Positions 6,958 through 10,133 of a stretch of 10,133 bases of DNA are shown here, piece by piece. Position 1 is the stretch's first letter. Each line of letters opens with the position of its first letter. A program made the translations under genes and the position numbers. Location of the stretch: NCBI GenBank assembly GCA_044236265.1, contig JBIIGV010000101.1, positions 1 through 10,133 of the forward strand, written 5' to 3'. Below the pieces are notes generated by a model. That model was not told where the DNA came from and made no database searches. It saw only the letters and a list, made by a program, of their open reading frames with translations. The stretch is from Oligoflexales bacterium. Its GTDB lineage: Bacteria > Bdellovibrionota_B > Oligoflexia > Oligoflexales > RGVZ01.

Positions 6958-7419
6958 ATGATGATGAAGTTTCTATCAGTGGTCGCTGTTGCTGGGGCAC
7001 TCGCGCTGACAGGTTGCACCAAGTGCTCAAAAAAAGATGATGCTCCTCAAGTGGCCACGGGCCAAGTTGCAGGCCAAACCACGATCGATACGAGAGACCT
7101 CAAAATTGAAACCCTTAAGCAGGGCACCGGCACCGTTGCCGCTGCCTCTGGTAAAAAAGTCACCGTTCACTACACTGGCAGCCTATCAGACGGTAAGGTC
7201 TTCGATTCGAGCGAGACTCGTAAAGCACCGTTTACCTTCACTCTTGGTCAAGGACAGGTCATCCCTGGTTGGGACAAGGGCGTAGAGGGCATGAAAGTCG
7301 GAGAGCGCCGCCGTTTAACCATACCATCCAATTTGGGCTACGGTGAAAAGGGTGTTGGCAATATTATCCCACCGAATGCAACCCTCATCTTTGAAGTTGA
7401 GCTTCTTAACGTTGAGTAA
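6958..7419 (+). CDS. FKBP-type peptidyl-prolyl cis-trans isomerase, predicted lipoprotein
   Basis: FKBP motifs VTVHYTG.L.DGKVFDSS, F.LG.GQVIPGWDKGV.GMKVGERR.L.IP..LGYG, IPPNATLIFEVELL. Signal peptide with lipobox LTG-C (Cys20). GGAG SD 7 nt before the first of three tandem ATGs. Confidence 0.95.
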   Translation: MMMKFLSVVAVAGALALTGCTKCSKKDDAPQVATGQVAGQTTIDTRDLKIETLKQGTGTVAAASGKKVTVHYTGSLSDGKVFDSSETRKAPFTFTLGQGQVIPGWDKGVEGMKVGERRRLTIPSNLGYGEKGVGNIIPPNATLIFEVELLNVE

Positions 7420-7443
7420 TTGCTCCTAATTGTGATAATCCCT

Positions 7444-7477
7444 AAGGCACAGCCCGAAAGGTCTCTGTGCCTTTTTT
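7444..7477 (+). terminator. Rho-independent terminator after the FKBP gene
   Basis: AAGGCACAG (7444-7452) pairs with CTGTGCCTT (7465-7473); the loop contains CC-GAAA-GG; a T6 tract follows at 7472-7477. Confidence 0.75.
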
Positions 7478-7515
7478 GTAATTTAATTTTGTCCATCTGG
7501 GGAGCTTAGGCCACC

Positions 7516-9282
7516 ATGAACGCTACTGAACTGCGCAAAAAATATATTGAGTTCTACAAAGGTAAAGCGCACACGCAGATTCCGTCCGGATCCCTTCAAC
7601 CAGAAAACGATCCGACCGTGCTATTTACGACGGCTGGCATGCACCCACTCGTCCCGTTTCTCATGGGAGCAGCCCATCCATCAGGCAAACGATTGGTCAA
7701 TTCCCAGAAATGTATTCGTACCCAAGACATCGACGAAGTTGGTGATGACTGGCACTGTACGTTTTTTGAAATGCTCGGCAACTGGAGCCTTGGAGATTAC
7801 TTCAAAACAGAGGCGATCAATTGGACACATGAGTTTTTAACAAAGGTCCTTCCATTTAAACCAGAGCGTCTTGCTTGCACCGTGTTCGCGGGCGAAGAAG
7901 GCATTCCCTTTGACGAGGTCAGTTACAACGCTTGGCTCAAATTAGGCATTCCTAAAGAGCGCGTCTTTAAACTAGGACGTGAAGATAACTTCTGGGGACC
8001 AGTCGGTGGCGCGGGCCCCTGCGGACCAGATTCAGAAACGTTTTTCATCACTCGTGATCACTGCACTCTCAAAAATCCAGACTGCTCGCCTGCGTGCAAG
8101 TGTGGGCGCTACGTTGAGATCTGTAACAACGTATTCATGGAGTACGAGAAGAAAAAAGACGGCGGCTTTGTAAAGCTTCCTAAGCCAAACGTGGATTTTG
8201 GTATGGGGCTTTTGCGTGTTTGCTCTATTCTGAGTGGATCTTCAAGCGTCTATGAATCTACGATTTATAACGACGCCATGGGCATCATCAAACAAAAAGC
8301 CTCTGGATTATCCATTCAAGAGCAGCGGATTATTGTTGACCATGTTCAAGCTGCCATGTTTGCAATTGCTGACGGAGTCCTTCCAAGTAACGTCGGGTCT
8401 GGCTACATTGTTCGCCGCATCCTACGTCGTGCATTCCGTCTGGCAAATAAGGCTCATATGGAGCCGCACTACATCGACCAACTGGTTGATGCATTCGTTA
8501 AAGCATATGACGGTCACTACCAAGAAGTTGACAGTAAGCGCAGCGGCATTGTTGGAGCGATTCGCGAGGAAGAGGAAAAATTCTCAAAAGCTCTTGGACA
8601 AGGTCTTAAGCACTTTGAAAAAGAGCTTCCGAAAATTCAGGGCACCCAAATTGACGGCAAACTTGCATTTTTCATGTTTGAGACATTTGGGTTTCCACTC
8701 GAAGTCACCCAAGAGATTGCGCGTGAACGCGGCATGACTGTCGACGTCGATACTTATAATAAGGCCTTTGAAGAGCATCAGGCAAAAAGCCGCATGGCTG
8801 GAGAAAAACTCTTCAAAGGAGGACTTGCTGACACGTCAGAAGAAAGCACTAAGCTTCATACCGCCACACACCTTCTGCATGAAGCCCTTAGACGCGTGCT
8901 TGGTCCACACGTAGAGCAAAAAGGAAGTAACATTACTCCAGAGCGTCTACGATTTGACTTTAGTCACCCTGATAAAATGACGCCTGAACAAATTAAGGCC
9001 GTTGAAGATATGGTCAATGAGCAAATCAAGCGAGGCCTTGAAATTCACTTGGAAGACATGTCCCTCGATGACGCTAAATCAAAGGGCGCAATTGGGCTTT
9101 TTGAAGATAAATACGGTGCTAGAGTCAATGTTTACTTCATGGGAGATTTTTCCACGGAAGTTTGCGGTGGCCCACATGTAAAAAACACCAAAGAGCTCGG
9201 AGGCTTTAAAATTCAAAAAGAAGAAGCCTCAAGCCGCGGTGTAAGGCGAATCAAGGCCATCGTTCAAGTGCAGGCGAAATAA
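7516..9282 (+). CDS. alaS: Alanine--tRNA ligase, short form (588 aa, no C-Ala domain)
   Basis: Motifs LFTTAGM, QKCIRT, H.TFFEMLGNWS.GDYFK, DNFW, GPCGP.SE, GY..RR..RRA, T.GFP, editing-site HTATH and CGGPH, LRFDF, terminal GVRRIKA. GGGGAG SD upstream. Confidence 0.96.
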   Translation: MNATELRKKYIEFYKGKAHTQIPSGSLQPENDPTVLFTTAGMHPLVPFLMGAAHPSGKRLVNSQKCIRTQDIDEVGDDWHCTFFEMLGNWSLGDYFKTEAINWTHEFLTKVLPFKPERLACTVFAGEEGIPFDEVSYNAWLKLGIPKERVFKLGREDNFWGPVGGAGPCGPDSETFFITRDHCTLKNPDCSPACKCGRYVEICNNVFMEYEKKKDGGFVKLPKPNVDFGMGLLRVCSILSGSSSVYESTIYNDAMGIIKQKASGLSIQEQRIIVDHVQAAMFAIADGVLPSNVGSGYIVRRILRRAFRLANKAHMEPHYIDQLVDAFVKAYDGHYQEVDSKRSGIVGAIREEEEKFSKALGQGLKHFEKELPKIQGTQIDGKLAFFMFETFGFPLEVTQEIARERGMTVDVDTYNKAFEEHQAKSRMAGEKLFKGGLADTSEESTKLHTATHLLHEALRRVLGPHVEQKGSNITPERLRFDFSHPDKMTPEQIKAVEDMVNEQIKRGLEIHLEDMSLDDAKSKGAIGLFEDKYGARVNVYFMGDFSTEVCGGPHVKNTKELGGFKIQKEEASSRGVRRIKAIVQVQAK

Positions 9283-9315
9283 ATACGGTCAAACTCCCAA
9301 ACGACGGATACAACC

Positions 9316-10133
9316 TTAGGGAATGGCCTTTACTGAGTGAGTACATGTAGCGCCTTGTGTCTTATATGTGCCCGTGATTCCAATCCACATGGACCAGAGG
9401 GTGTGCTTATTAAAGGACTCGACGTAGAGCGAGTTAGCCCCAGGCCTTAAAATCGAGCTGATGTCTTTATTAAACTCGGTCACACGCGGCCCGGGGCCTC
9501 CTGAAGTGCACACTGTCTTTTCTGCTCGATTACAACCAAGGCTCGTACCGTTCAAAGACGTACATGGGTTCCAATCGTCTACTCCGTATCTGATTATCTT
9601 AACATTGATCTCTGTAGCATCCGCCGGCAATACGATAGCGTCGTTAATCGTGCGACTATTAACTTTGCAGGTGTAGGCACCACCCGTAAGTAAATTATTA
9701 ACTCCCACGATTGAGGGTGCAATTGTGCAGGTTCGCCCGTTGTTAGACACTGGTACAGCTGGGCAAGAGCTTTCACCGCCAAGACCAGTCAACTTAACCT
9801 GGAACTCCGATGTACTCCCGACCGGACACGGAATATTATCAGAAACCCATATATTGTCGGTCTTAGTCCACGTGACGCCGGAGATTTCTGAGCTCGAAAC
9901 TGATGAGCTTATTCCTGTGTCCGGATCTGCCACCACTGCGCACATCAATACCTTTCCTGACGGGGTCACCGTTCCTACGGTACAATCAGCAATTGTGCTC
10001 AAAACAGGACTACCAGTAACCGGACCACCTGTATTGCTAACTGTCATTGAACAGTTGTTGATGCCTGACGCTCTGAAGGGAGCTGAAATATTGTTACAGA
10101 TAGGAGGCGGTGGCGGAGCTGCCGCTTTGATGA
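9316..10133 (-). CDS. C-terminal part of a larger Cys/Ser/Thr/Gly-rich, probably secreted beta-sandwich protein; 5' end lies beyond the window
   Basis: The frame of the 9316..10047 ORF stays open to the right edge (adds IKAAAPPPPPICNNISAPFRASGINNCS), so ATG 10047 is probably internal. There are 12 Cys in 271 visible residues, a polyproline linker, and a terminal 'VDDW....LNG...DISSILRPGANSLYVE' pattern. Confidence 0.75.
   Translation of the reverse strand, partial: IKAAAPPPPPICNNISAPFRASGINNCSMTVSNTGGPVTGSPVLSTIADCTVGTVTPSGKVLMCAVVADPDTGISSSVSSSEISGVTWTKTDNIWVSDNIPCPVGSTSEFQVKLTGLGGESSCPAVPVSNNGRTCTIAPSIVGVNNLLTGGAYTCKVNSRTINDAIVLPADATEINVKIIRYGVDDWNPCTSLNGTSLGCNRAEKTVCTSGGPGPRVTEFNKDISSILRPGANSLYVESFNKHTLWSMWIGITGTYKTQGATCTHSVKAIP

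Noticed and set aside
7420..7515. T-box riboswitch upstream of alaS
   Set aside because: The region is only 96 nt and lacks both the GGTGGNACCGCG T-box sequence and a Stem I.
1225..9782. Remaining short ORFs in the track (e.g. 1225..1431, 1461..1664, 1567..1866, 3380..3589, 3712..3921, 4422..4664, 4847..5029, 5026..5208, 5592..5774, 5623..5808, 5968..6171, 6221..6412, 7037..7285, 7547..7840, 7596..7781, 7979..8173, 8234..8737, 8584..8778, 9461..9676, 9594..9782)
   Set aside because: All overlap better-supported genes in alternative frames or antisense, and none shows recognisable motifs.
1..10133. CRISPR array, IS/integrase, tRNA/rRNA, defence or toxin-antitoxin system
   Set aside because: No regularly spaced repeats, transposase/recombinase/nuclease motifs or tRNA cloverleaf were seen. 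The intergenic gaps are short and otherwise explained.

Overview
Densely packed bacterial housekeeping region; the gene styles loosely suggest a Bdellovibrionota/Oligoflexia- or Myxococcota-like organism (inference only). Gene order: 5' part of phosphatidylserine decarboxylase psd (-, missed by the ORF track, TTG start); a ~320-bp regulatory region with a full sigma54-type layout (UAS, IHF-like sites, -24/-12) upstream of a 65-aa unknown helical protein (+); TPR protein (-); trmFO (+); DUF2330-like exported protein (-); tpiA (-); pgk (-); divergent GshB-like ATP-grasp ligase (+); lipoprotein FKBP PPIase (+); intrinsic terminator; short-form alanyl-tRNA synthetase (+); and the 3' end of a larger Cys-rich, probably secreted protein (-). 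I see no mobile element, CRISPR array, tRNA or rRNA. The best leads for something undescribed are the enhancer-type small-protein locus, the GshB homolog with altered substrate-site residues, and the truncated, motif-divergent AlaRS.
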